A stretch of 64,000 nucleotides of DNA from UHGV virus genome UHGV-1376660; one strand, 5' to 3'. The position numbers were made by a program, and so were the translations under genes. Positions 29,502-40,121 of the stretch are shown in pieces; the stretch's first letter is position 1, and every line of letters begins with the position of its first letter. The notes beneath the pieces are model-generated. The model did no database searches and was not told the origin of the DNA. It saw only the letters and a list, made by a program, of their open reading frames with translations. The DNA is from a virus.

Positions 29502-29575
29502 TGTTGGAAAACTCCTTTTTCCGTTAAATCAGCACCTTCATGGCGCCAGCGGTAAGTATATACTTACTTATTTTA

Positions 29576-29959
29576 TTAATTCAACAAATAGCCCGCAAAT
29601 TCAATCGGGATACCCGCTTCAATCAACGAACCTTCGTTTTTGGGATAAGTAATCGGCATCGACATTGGCCGAACCAACCGGAAGTAAACGCCCTCTGACA
29701 CGGTTTCTTCGACCGGGAACATGTCCATGATCTTATTAGCTTTCGCCACCGCCTTTGTGATCGTCGCATTACGCACGATGACAGTGAAAGAGTCGTGATA
29801 GAAGCCTTTTAACTCATAGTCAATGGTGATCCCCGTATTGGGAGTAACCAACAGAACACCGGACTTCACATTGGCTGGCATGTAGTGACAGAAAATGTCA
29901 GTGCCGACTGTACCGATCTTCGCCTTCTGCATCAGGCTCGCAAATGCTTCAATAAACAC
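29576..29959 (-). CDS. tail terminator (gpU-like)
   Basis: 127 aa, position only. Confidence 0.45.
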   Translation of the reverse strand: MFIEAFASLMQKAKIGTVGTDIFCHYMPANVKSGVLLVTPNTGITIDYELKGFYHDSFTVIVRNATITKAVAKANKIMDMFPVEETVSEGVYFRLVRPMSMPITYPKNEGSLIEAGIPIEFAGYLLN

Positions 29960-29960
29960 A

Positions 29961-30434
29961 TCAACCTCTCGTAAAACCTGCTTTCCTTGCCGCTTCTGCT
30001 ATCGTCTGAGTGAACTGCTTCTCACTGATCTGCACGGCACTCTCAAGGAACAAAGGCCCAACTCGTGGCTTCACACCAGCAACTGGCGGGTTGGTGACGC
30101 TCTTCATGCGGGAGAGATAGCCGAGACGATACTTGCCCCACTCCATGTACTCCGCATAATCGCCAACCTCAACACCCGGATGCCCTTCGCGTGGTTTGGC
30201 TCCAGATACCGATAACTCAATACGCAGCCCGGTATAGCCTTCTTTGACCACTCTCGCGAAGATCGCGCTTTCGAGTGAGCCAGTCTCCAGCGGGGCCATT
30301 GCCCGCGCCAGACGCTCAACCAGACGCGCCAGCTTCTCCATGTCACGGATGAGATAACGCTTAAAGGCTTTCTGGCTGTTATTGAGCCTGTCGCCAGCAC
30401 GCTTAAACTGATGCGCGTCGTACTTCAGACCCAT
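29961..30434 (-). CDS. tail completion protein (gpZ-like)
   Basis: 157 aa, position only. Confidence 0.4.
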   Translation of the reverse strand: MGLKYDAHQFKRAGDRLNNSQKAFKRYLIRDMEKLARLVERLARAMAPLETGSLESAIFARVVKEGYTGLRIELSVSGAKPREGHPGVEVGDYAEYMEWGKYRLGYLSRMKSVTNPPVAGVKPRVGPLFLESAVQISEKQFTQTIAEAARKAGFTRG

Positions 30435-30883
30435 ATGTTTGCCCCTACTTCCAGATGCCCAGGGCGCCCACGCAGTCCCCAGCGACGATGCACGCTGGAT
30501 ACCTTCAGCTTTTGCCCCTCCAGAATGAGAACGTCATCAAGCTGCACTGCGGCCTCAAGTGGGATCACCAGAACAGCATCGAACAATTCCAGATTCGCTT
30601 TACCGCGACTGCCGGAGCTGTCCGCACGTACCGATGACTTCTCGTTACTTTGCTCAAACTTAACGACGCCGACGTTCGTCTTCCTGACGAACTGCAATTG
30701 CGCTTCACCGTAGACATTCTTCGAACCCAGACGGTAAATCGCTATCTCGGCTTGCCATGAAATGTTCATGTACTCTCCCTGTGGTTGGCAGCCGCACTCA
30801 TTACCAGGCGAAGGCGCGATTGCTCGTCTTGAGCCTTTCGACCAGAAGTAAATAATGCGACTGGCGTTACGCACGGCGAACAA
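30425..30883 (-). CDS. head-tail joining protein
   Basis: 152 aa, position only. Confidence 0.4.
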   Translation of the reverse strand: MFAVRNASRIIYFWSKGSRRAIAPSPGNECGCQPQGEYMNISWQAEIAIYRLGSKNVYGEAQLQFVRKTNVGVVKFEQSNEKSSVRADSSGSRGKANLELFDAVLVIPLEAAVQLDDVLILEGQKLKVSSVHRRWGLRGRPGHLEVGANIWV

Positions 30884-31700
30884 TCATGCGGTTATTGATG
30901 TAACTGACCAGCAGTCGCCAGGTACTGCGAGCCACATGCACATTTGCCGCTTTGCCGGTGCGGTACATATTGGTCGTTTCACCAATGGACTCAGACAGAA
31001 TGCCGTCCTCGCGGGCTGCCGCTACGTCATTACCGTTAGCGATTTCGCAGGCTTCATTAACCACGGCCAGCATTAATGCCTGTTTGAAGTAGTCCGGGAA
31101 CTCGTCGAATTTCTCCGGCGTCATCTGCTCCCAATCGATCAGATCGTGACGATATGCCCCGTCAGCGCCCCACGGAATGTCATAGACGTTCAGCATGTTT
31201 TGCGGGCGATCGTACCGGTCGAAGTCGATACGCAGGACTTTGCGGATTGAGAACGGCAACGTTTTGACGCGTCTGGTGGCCTCAATGAGACGTTTGCGCA
31301 TCAACCCTTCGCCATCAGCTAACAGGGTGTCGCCGTTCAGCATATCGATAGCTTGCATCTGGGCGTCTGCGACCGTTGCGAATGACTGGCCTGGAATTGA
31401 CAGCTCGAAGCTATTCAGCAGAACGTACATCTTGCGCTCTTCATGCGTCAGCCCGGATGCCACCGCTTTGACAATGACGTGTCGCAGATCGCGCTCTTTA
31501 TCTGAAAGCAGGTTGTGTTCGGCCGACACGACAACCGGAATGGACATCTGCCCCTCAGTAATATCGAGAGGTTCGTTATCGACGATGATCGCACCAGCGC
31601 CATCTCTGACGGTATACGTGGCCGACTCAATATCCAGAACGTTAAATGCAAACGACAGGGAAACTGCTTCCCCGCTACGGTACGTGTCGATCTGCGCCAT
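30867..31700 (-). CDS. head-tail connector / head completion protein
   Basis: 277 aa, position only. Confidence 0.35.
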   Translation of the reverse strand: MAQIDTYRSGEAVSLSFAFNVLDIESATYTVRDGAGAIIVDNEPLDITEGQMSIPVVVSAEHNLLSDKERDLRHVIVKAVASGLTHEERKMYVLLNSFELSIPGQSFATVADAQMQAIDMLNGDTLLADGEGLMRKRLIEATRRVKTLPFSIRKVLRIDFDRYDRPQNMLNVYDIPWGADGAYRHDLIDWEQMTPEKFDEFPDYFKQALMLAVVNEACEIANGNDVAAAREDGILSESIGETTNMYRTGKAANVHVARSTWRLLVSYINNRMIVRRA

Positions 31701-32146
31701 TACTCACCGCCCTGTGCTTTCAGGATACCTTCGATCATTTCAACGATGCCTTTGGCTTTCACGCCAATCTGGTTGCCGATCTGACGCAGACCCGCAATAC
31801 CTTCACAGTCCGCAATCGACTCCAGCTCTTCACGAGTAAAGCGCTGTACAGGTTTGGCTTCCACTTCAGCTGTACCACGTTTCATTGGCACAATATCCGG
31901 GGCCGCCGTCTCGACAATGTCGTCCGCAGTCAAATCATTGCGGCTGCTGTACGCGGCAGAAGGAGATACATTTTTACCTTCAACGGTAGTGGCACGCATG
32001 GAAGCACAAATCCGCTGCTGATCGATGAATGGCAGTTCGGCAACCGAGATGCCGTCGACAAACTGGATACCGCAGAGAATGCCCGTGTACCCCAAAAACT
32101 GAGGCTCCAATAAACGAATTTTTGCTGGTTTCATTCTTCTTCTCAC
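31700..32146 (-). CDS. hypothetical head-associated protein
   Basis: 148 aa ORF coupled to the downstream gene. Confidence 0.35.
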   Translation of the reverse strand: MRRRMKPAKIRLLEPQFLGYTGILCGIQFVDGISVAELPFIDQQRICASMRATTVEGKNVSPSAAYSSRNDLTADDIVETAAPDIVPMKRGTAEVEAKPVQRFTREELESIADCEGIAGLRQIGNQIGVKAKGIVEMIEGILKAQGGE

Positions 32147-32177
32147 TTAATGGGCGGCATAGCCGCCCATGTGTTGG

Positions 32178-33101
32178 TTACGCAGTCGGTGCTGCGGTCA
32201 CTTCAACGGTCGCAGTCGCTTTGTGGCTACCGTCTTCCGTGGTGACTTCGATAGTGGCAGTACCTGCAGCCACACCGGTAACAAGTCCAGTTGCGCTATC
32301 AACTGTCGCGAACTCGGCATTTTTTGACGCCCAGGTTACGCGCTTATTGGTTGCGCCAGCCGGTTCGATGTTCGCGGTCAGCTGTACCGTTTTGTTGGCT
32401 TCAACGCTGGTGGTGCTCGGATCGACAGAGACGCCAGTAACAGCAACGACAGGCTCAGTGATTTCAACCGTGGCAGTAGCTTTATGGCTGCCATCCTGCG
32501 AAACCACTTCAATAGTTGCCGTACCAACGGCTACGCCAGCTACGTTACCGTTCTGGTCAACGGTCGCTTTGTCGCTATTTTTAGAAGTCCAGGTGACTTT
32601 TTTATTGGTTGCGTTTGACGGCTGTACATCAACACGCAACTTGACCGATTTCCCCTTCTCAACGGTGGTAGAGTCTGGCGTTACGGTAACGGACTCCACG
32701 CTGACAGGCTTAACGGTCACTTCGACTGACGCAGAAAGCTGAGTCTGCTTATCGGTGGCGGTGATCTTCACTTTGCCCGGAGTCACGCCAGTAACCAGAC
32801 CCGTACCGCTGACTGTGGCGACCTGGTCATTGGCCGACGTCCAGGTGAATGAATCTGCGCTTTTGCTCATAGTGATACCTGCACTAAGTTGAACGGTTTT
32901 GCCCACCAATACGGACGGCGCAGCCGGTGTAATGGTGACAGACTGAGTGAACGGAATTGCCCGGAAGCAAGCCGCAAGATGGTTCTGCTGGCGCTCGCTC
33001 AGAGGCTCGTTGGAGATGGAATTGGTGAATCCGGCACGGCACATATGCCCCGTGAAATCCGCAAACGCCTCTTCCGTGATCTTCATCTTTTGTTCTGGCA
33101 T
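32178..33101 (-). CDS. Ig-like (3x Big_2) virion protein, probable head decoration
   Basis: Three tandem ~90-aa Ig-like repeats (TV.P......G.TVQL.A...P..ATNK.VTW.S.N...ATVD..G.V.GV..GTATI); directly downstream of the capsid gene. Confidence 0.6.
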   Translation of the reverse strand: MPEQKMKITEEAFADFTGHMCRAGFTNSISNEPLSERQQNHLAACFRAIPFTQSVTITPAAPSVLVGKTVQLSAGITMSKSADSFTWTSANDQVATVSGTGLVTGVTPGKVKITATDKQTQLSASVEVTVKPVSVESVTVTPDSTTVEKGKSVKLRVDVQPSNATNKKVTWTSKNSDKATVDQNGNVAGVAVGTATIEVVSQDGSHKATATVEITEPVVAVTGVSVDPSTTSVEANKTVQLTANIEPAGATNKRVTWASKNAEFATVDSATGLVTGVAAGTATIEVTTEDGSHKATATVEVTAAPTA

Positions 33102-33112
33102 TTCTCGCTCCT

Positions 33113-33140
33113 ACAAAAAGGGTGGGCGTATAGCCCACCC
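33113..33140 (-). terminator. rho-independent terminator directly after the major capsid gene (minus strand: GGGTGGGC-TATAC-GCCCACCC then TTTTTT)
   Basis: 8-bp GC stem plus a T-run in the transcript orientation; 12 nt before the next gene's start. Confidence 0.55.
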
Positions 33141-33175
33141 TTAAACGGTAGATAATTACTTACCTACTATACTAA

Positions 33176-34051
33176 TCAAATTTTTACGTTGGTCAGCGCG
33201 GCGATAGCCTTGTCGTGCTTGTTCGCCAGAGAGCAGTACCACTTAACGCGGGTACGGGTTGCGTCTTTGTTCTGAACAGTACCGATGTTCTCAACAACGA
33301 TACCGGCGTTTTCACCGCCATACAGACCAGTCACACCGTTCTCTTCGGACAGGTGCAGGCAGTAGATGCTTGCTTTGCCCGCGTCAGTCGGGATGAAGTC
33401 GTTCACGATGAACGGTACACCGTTGTGGCACAGCATCGGACGGCCGAAGTTTTCCATCATGATTTCGGACGGGCCGAGGCTAACGGTACGAAGCAGAGCG
33501 CGATAAGCACGCAGGTGCTCGGAACGCATCATGATGCAGTCTGCGCCCAGATCTTTCACCGCGTCGACCAGCTCGTCGAACATGGAGAAGGTCATGGAAG
33601 CGCCTTCGATGTCGATCTTCTGATTGTCGTGCATCAGCTTCGGAATACCGTCGAATGCTTTGGTGTTGGTGCTGGAGTCGCCCAGAATCAGGTTGCGGCG
33701 GAATGCGCGAGCCAGACCTTTCACCTTCTGACGAACCTGGATTGCCAGCTGGTTGTTGGTGTCGGACATAGTGGTCGCCAGGAATTTGTCGACGTCTACG
33801 TCGCCTGCCAGGATACGCAGTTTCGCAACGTGTTCGGTGAAGGTTGCAGCGCCTTCGGTGATGGTATCGTTCACATCAATGAAGGTTGCTTCGCTCAGGG
33901 TAGCTTCGCGGTTGTAGAGGTGTGCCTTAGAATTAATCTTCATGAAAGGCAGAACAGCGAACAGGTCATCGCGATCGATGATGGTCTCGATCACACCCTG
34001 CTCAAGTTCGTTGTTAGACAGCTTTTCAGCTTCATCACGCAGTAATGGCAT
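33176..34051 (-). CDS. major capsid protein
   Basis: 291 aa; between scaffold-like and decoration-like genes; terminator after it; by position, no motif support. Confidence 0.55.
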   Translation of the reverse strand: MPLLRDEAEKLSNNELEQGVIETIIDRDDLFAVLPFMKINSKAHLYNREATLSEATFIDVNDTITEGAATFTEHVAKLRILAGDVDVDKFLATTMSDTNNQLAIQVRQKVKGLARAFRRNLILGDSSTNTKAFDGIPKLMHDNQKIDIEGASMTFSMFDELVDAVKDLGADCIMMRSEHLRAYRALLRTVSLGPSEIMMENFGRPMLCHNGVPFIVNDFIPTDAGKASIYCLHLSEENGVTGLYGGENAGIVVENIGTVQNKDATRTRVKWYCSLANKHDKAIAALTNVKI

Positions 34052-34077
34052 CTTTCATTTCCCTATGATTTAAGATG

Positions 34078-34968
34078 TTACTTGAGTCCGATTTTCCCCA
34101 GACCGGAGGTCAACTTATCCATAGTCGACTTGCTCTTCGGCTGGTTTACTTTGTGGGTCGGTTTGCTATTGGAACCAGCACCCTGCTTGGCTTCGCTGCG
34201 CAACAGTGCGTCAGCTTCCGGATCTGCACGCAGAATGCGCTCAATCGCGGATTCGAACGGTAACGGTTTGCCTTCACCGTCAACCAGAACTGCACGTTCT
34301 TTCTGACCGGCTGGCTTATCAAAGCCCACAACACTACCATCTTCACCCACTTCGAAATGAGAGCCGTAGATAACGCGAGCCTTAGCCGGAGTCATCAGAA
34401 CTTTGTCACGCAAGAAGGCAGAGCCGCTGAAGGAAGCGCCAACAGTCATTTCGACCAGTTGAGCCTTCAGTGCGGCGTTCTCGCTCTCCAGAGCGGAGTA
34501 GCGTTCGTCGCGCTGTGCCAGTTCAGCCAGGTGCGCTTCGATCATCTGCTTTTTCACAGCATCGAACTCACCACGGCGTTCCAGTTCAGCCTGCTCCGCC
34601 TCCCGACGTGCGGTTTCTGCGGCTTGTTCAGCTTCGAGAAGCTGGCGAGCACGCGCCGGGTCAATATCTCCGTACTGAGCCAGCTGATCGGCCAATGTGC
34701 GCTCTTTCTCTTTGCGCTTCATGTTCTCTTTCAGCAAGTCAGCACCGGCTTTCTTGGACTTACGCAGTTCTGCCAGCAACTCTTCCTGAGTCATACCGGC
34801 ATACTCGTCGTCGTCACCCTTCGGTTGCTCTTTTTGCTCGCCCTGTTTGCCTGGGTCTTGATTGCCCTGCTCGTTGTCTCCAGCAGGAGCACCAGCACCT
34901 CCGCGCTCATGCGCTTCAGCTACATCCATCAGGCCACGACGGGCCATAAGCATTTGCCACAGATTCAT
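34078..34968 (-). CDS. scaffolding protein
   Basis: Highly charged, Ala/Glu/Arg-rich helical 296-aa protein between portal and capsid genes. Confidence 0.55.
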   Translation of the reverse strand: MNLWQMLMARRGLMDVAEAHERGGAGAPAGDNEQGNQDPGKQGEQKEQPKGDDDEYAGMTQEELLAELRKSKKAGADLLKENMKRKEKERTLADQLAQYGDIDPARARQLLEAEQAAETARREAEQAELERRGEFDAVKKQMIEAHLAELAQRDERYSALESENAALKAQLVEMTVGASFSGSAFLRDKVLMTPAKARVIYGSHFEVGEDGSVVGFDKPAGQKERAVLVDGEGKPLPFESAIERILRADPEADALLRSEAKQGAGSNSKPTHKVNQPKSKSTMDKLTSGLGKIGLK

Positions 34969-34990
34969 AGAAATTCCTTTTCGTTACTTA

Positions 34991-36565
34991 TCACTCGGTC
35001 TCTTGAGTAGATGAGTCCCCATTCCCTCGGGGTTGATCTTGCCCGCTTTCTTGGGCTATACCTCGATCATAAGTAAGTGCTGACTTATTTTCAAGAGTGT
35101 TAAGATCATTTTTTGGAGGAAATTTCAAGAGATCTTTTTGAAATTCCTTTTGCATCGACTCGGAAATGTTCGGGAAGACCTTCTCGATGAGCATTTCCAT
35201 CTGATGACGACGCACAGAATCAGGCGCCTGGAGCAGCGACAGTTTCTCAGCAACGGCGAACTCGTCAGTCAGACCGCGAATGTCGAAACTTTCCGGGTAC
35301 GCGATCAGAGAGTGGTCTTCATCCAGTTCGACACCCATCCATTTCGCTGCCAGCTGCATCATCTGGCGTTCTGCCCTTTCGAGGCGCTCTGCTTTTGTCA
35401 CCAGCAGACTGTTAACGCGCTGGAAGTCGTACATCTTCGCTGCGCCCGAAGAGTTATCGATGCCCTGTGCGTTATCCTGCTTGGTTCGCTCACCTGCCAC
35501 ACCAACGGAATGGTAGATCTCGTTAATCACCGTCTTAATCGTGGTGATGATCATCTGAGCCTGTTTCGGGTCTGGAGACAGGTAGAATGGCTGATTACCG
35601 CTCTCAGAATCGAAGGTGAAGACGCGTTTTGTCCCCATTTCGAGCACTTTGGTGTGGTTTTCATCGCCCGGCAGCAATGACTGAACCGGGATCGCCAGCT
35701 GGCTGAATGTCTGATCCTGAATAATCGCGTCAAGGTTCGACAGGTAGTTGGCCACGGCGCGGTCAAGATAGGCGATATCATCAATCAACGACGGGCTGAA
35801 ATACGGAGACTCGCTTTCGCCAATGCAATCCACCGGAAACACCGGCACCACGCCAAGATTATGCTGGCCGCTATCCTCCAGAACGACTTTGGCCTGACGA
35901 CGACCGCTATTTCCGGAACCTTTCTTCACTTCTTCACGGAAGAGATACCACTCGTTTTGCGTCCACAGACGGTAACGCTGGTATTCCTGCCCGGTTGACG
36001 TGAACGGATCTTCGTCGTCGCGCGCGATTTCAACAATCAGCGCCCACAACATATTGCCGTCTTCATCCCAGGCAACATCAAGCAGCTGCTGCGGCGAAAT
36101 CCAGTAAGCGTAGGCACGCGCATCATTTTTCTTCTCGTCTGCAACAGACTCAACATCGACGTTCATGGTGCTGTCCACGACAACCCAGATACGGCCATAA
36201 ATGGATGATTGCAGATCGATAGCCGCCATAAACGCATCGATGGAGGCGTTCTGGCGCGTGGCTCGCTTCCAGAAATTGCGGATCTGCTCCGGTGCTTCAT
36301 CAGTGTTGCGGTGAATGACCTCTTTGAAGAGGTATTTGTTGATGAGGTTTACCACTTCGCGCGTATGGTTGAAGCGATAAGCGCGTTCCAGGCGCTCTTT
36401 GAACTCCTGATCGCCCTCTTTGAAGTAACGGAAGATATTGTCGTTGAACCAGGCACGCCCGCCAGCGTAGGTGCTGGCGAGGAAGTCCCAATGTTCTTTT
36501 TTCTTCTCATATTCAGGGTGGCGTCGTGCCACAAGGTCTTTGATTTGCTTGTCAGTCAATTCCAT
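34991..36565 (-). CDS. portal protein
   Basis: 524 aa, directly downstream of the large terminase; order and size only. Confidence 0.6.
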   Translation of the reverse strand: MELTDKQIKDLVARRHPEYEKKKEHWDFLASTYAGGRAWFNDNIFRYFKEGDQEFKERLERAYRFNHTREVVNLINKYLFKEVIHRNTDEAPEQIRNFWKRATRQNASIDAFMAAIDLQSSIYGRIWVVVDSTMNVDVESVADEKKNDARAYAYWISPQQLLDVAWDEDGNMLWALIVEIARDDEDPFTSTGQEYQRYRLWTQNEWYLFREEVKKGSGNSGRRQAKVVLEDSGQHNLGVVPVFPVDCIGESESPYFSPSLIDDIAYLDRAVANYLSNLDAIIQDQTFSQLAIPVQSLLPGDENHTKVLEMGTKRVFTFDSESGNQPFYLSPDPKQAQMIITTIKTVINEIYHSVGVAGERTKQDNAQGIDNSSGAAKMYDFQRVNSLLVTKAERLERAERQMMQLAAKWMGVELDEDHSLIAYPESFDIRGLTDEFAVAEKLSLLQAPDSVRRHQMEMLIEKVFPNISESMQKEFQKDLLKFPPKNDLNTLENKSALTYDRGIAQESGQDQPRGNGDSSTQETE

Positions 36566-36582
36566 TTGCTTTTCCTTTCCGT

Positions 36583-36604
36583 TTAGGTAAGTACTTACCT
36601 ATCT
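36583..36604. promoter_or_regulatory. representative copy of the palindromic late-region motif TAGGTAAGTAnTTACCTA, ~20 nt upstream of the portal start
   Basis: At least 14 copies in short gaps before minus-strand genes: 1155, 3808, 4707, 13748, 16482, 23022, 29551, 33148, 35067, 36583, 42116, 58631, 62902. Confidence 0.55.
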
Positions 36605-37855
36605 AGATCCGCCAAGAATAACACGATTTTTCACCGGATACCTACGATGAACCGGATAACCCAACGCATCCGCACTGTGTTCGATGCCGCCAGTCTTATC
36701 CATATCGCGTGAGCCTGGCTTGTAGATCACCTTCTCCAGCGAGTCGATGAGGTGTTTGCACTTCGGATCGATGTACAACCGTGTTTCGCCCGAGGCACTC
36801 ATCAACATGCGGTTCACTGCATTCACACGGTCTGCGATCGGCGGGTGCTTCTTCGGATAATCGACTCGAAGGAAACCTTTTTCCTTGAAGATATCGACGT
36901 CCGATTCGCCGCGTGCGTGCTGGCGATACGCACCAGCCGGGTCAGGGAAGATAGTGACCAGAGACTTCCAGCGCCAGAAACGGCGCTCCAGCTCATCACA
37001 CACTTCAGCCGTGTTGGAAGAGAACAGCACAACCTCGTCCACGGCCCACAACTCGCCATTTGGCTGCGGCTGCAGGATGACCGATGACATAGGGTCGATG
37101 TTGAAGTCCTGACCAACCCAGATCGGCAGTTTCGGATTGAACTGGAGTGGCTTCACATGCACATTGCGGTCGAACGGGTAGTAAACGCGTCCGGACATGT
37201 TTTCGAAGCTGGCCAGGTATTCCTGTGCGAACGATTTAGGGTCCATATCGTTCTTCGCTGCTTCGATTTCCGCGCTCGGTACGAACGGAGAATCAGCCGT
37301 AACGAACTGCCAGCTTTTCCACTGCCCCTTGCGTTGCAAATCTTTGTTCTGACCGATAGTCCACAGCTTGTGGAACTCGGAGAAGCCTTTTGGCGTACCG
37401 ATGATCAGCGCACCGCCACGGGTAGAGGACAGTGTCGGACGTAGTACCTTGTACCAGGTGTCCGGCTTCATATCCTGAAATTCATCGAGCACCACAAAGT
37501 GCAGTGCCACACCACGAAGCGTATCGGGCTTATCCGCACCTTTCAGCGCGATTTCAGAGCCGTTCTTCAGCACGATGGTCATCGTGGTGTCGTTTTTCTT
37601 ACGAACCCATTTACGAGGCAGAACTTCCTGCAGGTCATCCCACAAGATCTGGCGAGCCATCTGGTAAGTCGGTGCGACGTACCAGACACGTTGCTTTTTC
37701 TCTTTGGCTGCCGCGCGGATGATGGTGGAGATCGACAACCGGGATTTACCCCAGCGTCGACCCGCACACACCACTTTGAAACGATGTGGCGACTGGAAGA
37801 CTTGCATCTGCCCAGAATGCAGCTGTACGAGACTCAGAGACGACGGGATGGCCAT
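36599..37855 (-). CDS. terminase large subunit
   Basis: Walker A-like VVCAGRRWGKSRLS near the N-terminus, acidic C-terminal nuclease-half motifs; 418 aa; followed by the portal gene. Confidence 0.7.
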   Translation of the reverse strand: MAIPSSLSLVQLHSGQMQVFQSPHRFKVVCAGRRWGKSRLSISTIIRAAAKEKKQRVWYVAPTYQMARQILWDDLQEVLPRKWVRKKNDTTMTIVLKNGSEIALKGADKPDTLRGVALHFVVLDEFQDMKPDTWYKVLRPTLSSTRGGALIIGTPKGFSEFHKLWTIGQNKDLQRKGQWKSWQFVTADSPFVPSAEIEAAKNDMDPKSFAQEYLASFENMSGRVYYPFDRNVHVKPLQFNPKLPIWVGQDFNIDPMSSVILQPQPNGELWAVDEVVLFSSNTAEVCDELERRFWRWKSLVTIFPDPAGAYRQHARGESDVDIFKEKGFLRVDYPKKHPPIADRVNAVNRMLMSASGETRLYIDPKCKHLIDSLEKVIYKPGSRDMDKTGGIEHSADALGYPVHRRYPVKNRVILGGSR

Positions 37856-37857
37856 AG

Positions 37858-38499
37858 TTAGACGCTCCCATCACTTTCATCACCAGACGCGTCAGAATCG
37901 CCCTCTGCTTCGCTCAGTGCTTCCTCTTCGAGTGACTCAAGCAGATCGTCATCAATCAGATCCGGCTCATCATCTTCCTTACGCAGCTGCGCCACCTGGG
38001 AAGGCGTAAGTTCGCCAAATACCAGGTTCGGGATTTCGTCTTCTTCGTTCTCAGCGCGATCCATACCGAGCGCTTTCGAGGATATTTCGAAGCACTTAGC
38101 GAGTGTGCCGCTGGCACGCTGGAGACTCTTCAGGTCATCTTCGATGGTTGCGAGTGGCTTGCCGTCCTTCTTGGCTGTGGCCACCTCATGCATCACCATC
38201 CGACCGAGTGCGAATGCCCAATCGTCGTAACGAGTCCGGCGCTCTTCGATTTTCTCTGCACGCGCCTTCGCACGCAGCTCTGCGTCGGATTTGAGCGACT
38301 CGCGCACCATCTTCCCAACGGAGTCCGCGCCTTTCTCTAATCCACGCTTTTTGAAATGTCTGGAGAGCGTTTCACGACGAATGCCGTACTCTTCCTCCAG
38401 CTTGGAGAGTGTGTATTCGCCGGAAGTCCACTTTGCTTCGGCTTCTGCCCACTCAGCTGGCGTCAGGCGAGTTTTGCTCTCGTCTTTTTCTACAGTCAT
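37858..38499 (-). CDS. terminase small subunit (putative)
   Basis: 213 aa with N-terminal HTH-like segment and acidic C-terminus; immediately upstream of the large terminase. Confidence 0.5.
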   Translation of the reverse strand: MTVEKDESKTRLTPAEWAEAEAKWTSGEYTLSKLEEEYGIRRETLSRHFKKRGLEKGADSVGKMVRESLKSDAELRAKARAEKIEERRTRYDDWAFALGRMVMHEVATAKKDGKPLATIEDDLKSLQRASGTLAKCFEISSKALGMDRAENEEDEIPNLVFGELTPSQVAQLRKEDDEPDLIDDDLLESLEEEALSEAEGDSDASGDESDGSV

Positions 38500-38694
38500 A
38501 GATCCCTCTAAAACACTCAGAGCGCATCCTTGCGCTCCTAAACAACTTGTTTAATTCTGTGCCTAACCAATTTGTTTTCTGGGTGTTTAAAACCGGGCTG
38601 GGGAGTATTCAGAACCTGCTTCCGTATATATTTAATAAGTCACTTAGTATTTATATATACGGAAGCAGGCTCTCAAACTGGCTCCCAGACCGAC

Positions 38695-38961
38695 TTACAT
38701 CACCAGTAATTTGGCTCTGGCACGACCTAAAGTGGTCAGTCCCAGCGTGCGACGGTGGTAGCCGGAATCACCGCGCTGGCGGCACATTCCTTTCTCCACC
38801 AGCCCCTTTTTCACCAGTGCGCGGATAGAGAACTGCATACTCTGTTTGGTCGTTTTGTACGGCAGCACTACAAGCAGCTCGTCCAGATCGAGCAGATGCC
38901 CACGCTCATGGCCTAAATTGATGGTTTTGATGATGTCTTTTTGTTTGTCGGTCAACGTCAT
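38695..38961 (-). CDS. winged-helix transcriptional regulator (putative)
   Basis: 88 aa with wHTH-like DLDELLVVLPYKTTKQSMQFSIRALVKKGLVEK. Confidence 0.4.
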   Translation of the reverse strand: MTLTDKQKDIIKTINLGHERGHLLDLDELLVVLPYKTTKQSMQFSIRALVKKGLVEKGMCRQRGDSGYHRRTLGLTTLGRARAKLLVM

Positions 38962-38970
38962 GGCAAATCC

Positions 38971-39870
38971 TTATGCCGGTAATGCAATTTCAAGAGGTTT
39001 ATTCAAAGGCTGTTTGTCGAATGCCAGCAGTGGCAGCGTGTCCGGCAGCTGACGACCAAAGTCCGGGTTTCGGTACACGCCATACAGCGGAGACGTGAAG
39101 CTCAGGTTGTGAATGTCCTTGAGCAGCTTCACGATGCTGGCCTCGTCCACCAGACTGTCGGCAATGTCCTGAATCGTCGTGCCACGATTACGCCCGGCTT
39201 TGGCCAGGGAACTGTTCTTGTGGTAGTCAGCGACCAGATCACGCAGCGCACGACGACGGCGAGACTCGCTCATGGCGAACAGCTCTTTGACGATCGCTTC
39301 GTTGTCGCCAGGGTCGGAACGGAAATGACGCTGGAAGACGCGCAACGCACTCTCATAGCTCTTCGGACGCTCCGGACGGATGAACTGGAACCCTGCTTTC
39401 ATGGCGAACGGGTTGTATTTGCTCATCGACGACTGGATCTCGATGATTGGCCGGTCGTGCATCCTGCTAACCAGGTTAATCATTCGATAGGAGACGCCGA
39501 CGCCGCGGTACTGAGTGTCCACAACGGAACGGCTGATCACCGCAAAGTTGTTGTTCACGTACCGCCCCCAATACTGGTTGGCCACGGTGGTATTGGTGGT
39601 TGGCTTCAGCTTAGGAAACATGCGATGGCGAGGCGCCAGCAGCAGTTTCGGGTAAGCCATAACCACGACGCCCACCAGCCGGTCGTCCAGTTCGCAGCGA
39701 TAATACGTTGGCGCGAACGGCTTACCATCCGTCTTGTAGTGCAGCGACTTCAGCGCGTGCCAGTCTTCAACCGTACCTTTGGTAACGGTCATACGCTCCA
39801 GAAAGTCCAGATGACGCGGGAACTCTTCCGGGCGGTAGCGTTTGATGATGATGTCTGTCATGTCGATCAC
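38971..39870 (-). CDS. hypothetical protein with GNAT-like N-terminal half
   Basis: Motif A-like VVDTQYRGVGVSYRMINLV. Confidence 0.35.
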   Translation of the reverse strand: MIDMTDIIIKRYRPEEFPRHLDFLERMTVTKGTVEDWHALKSLHYKTDGKPFAPTYYRCELDDRLVGVVVMAYPKLLLAPRHRMFPKLKPTTNTTVANQYWGRYVNNNFAVISRSVVDTQYRGVGVSYRMINLVSRMHDRPIIEIQSSMSKYNPFAMKAGFQFIRPERPKSYESALRVFQRHFRSDPGDNEAIVKELFAMSESRRRRALRDLVADYHKNSSLAKAGRNRGTTIQDIADSLVDEASIVKLLKDIHNLSFTSPLYGVYRNPDFGRQLPDTLPLLAFDKQPLNKPLEIALPA

Positions 39871-40121
39871 CTGCGCTCGATATTGGCATTGATGAAGTCC
39901 AGGCGAAGCGATTCCATCGCCCCAACCATGACGTATGGACGCCCACCGTTATGCCAGCAATCCAGAACACTGCCGTCGTTGTTAATCATCAGCAGCGCCA
40001 GGCTCTGGCTTTTGCCTTCTCTGGCGTACTGGAGTGCTTCTTCCAGCAGGCGGATGACTTCAACGTTGTTGCTGTCAGCCTCTTTCGATGGCTTCAGCTC
40101 TACGATCTTCAAATCAGGCAT
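39867..40121 (-). CDS. hypothetical protein
   Basis: 84-aa ORF coupled to neighbours. Confidence 0.4.
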   Translation of the reverse strand: MPDLKIVELKPSKEADSNNVEVIRLLEEALQYAREGKSQSLALLMINNDGSVLDCWHNGGRPYVMVGAMESLRLDFINANIERR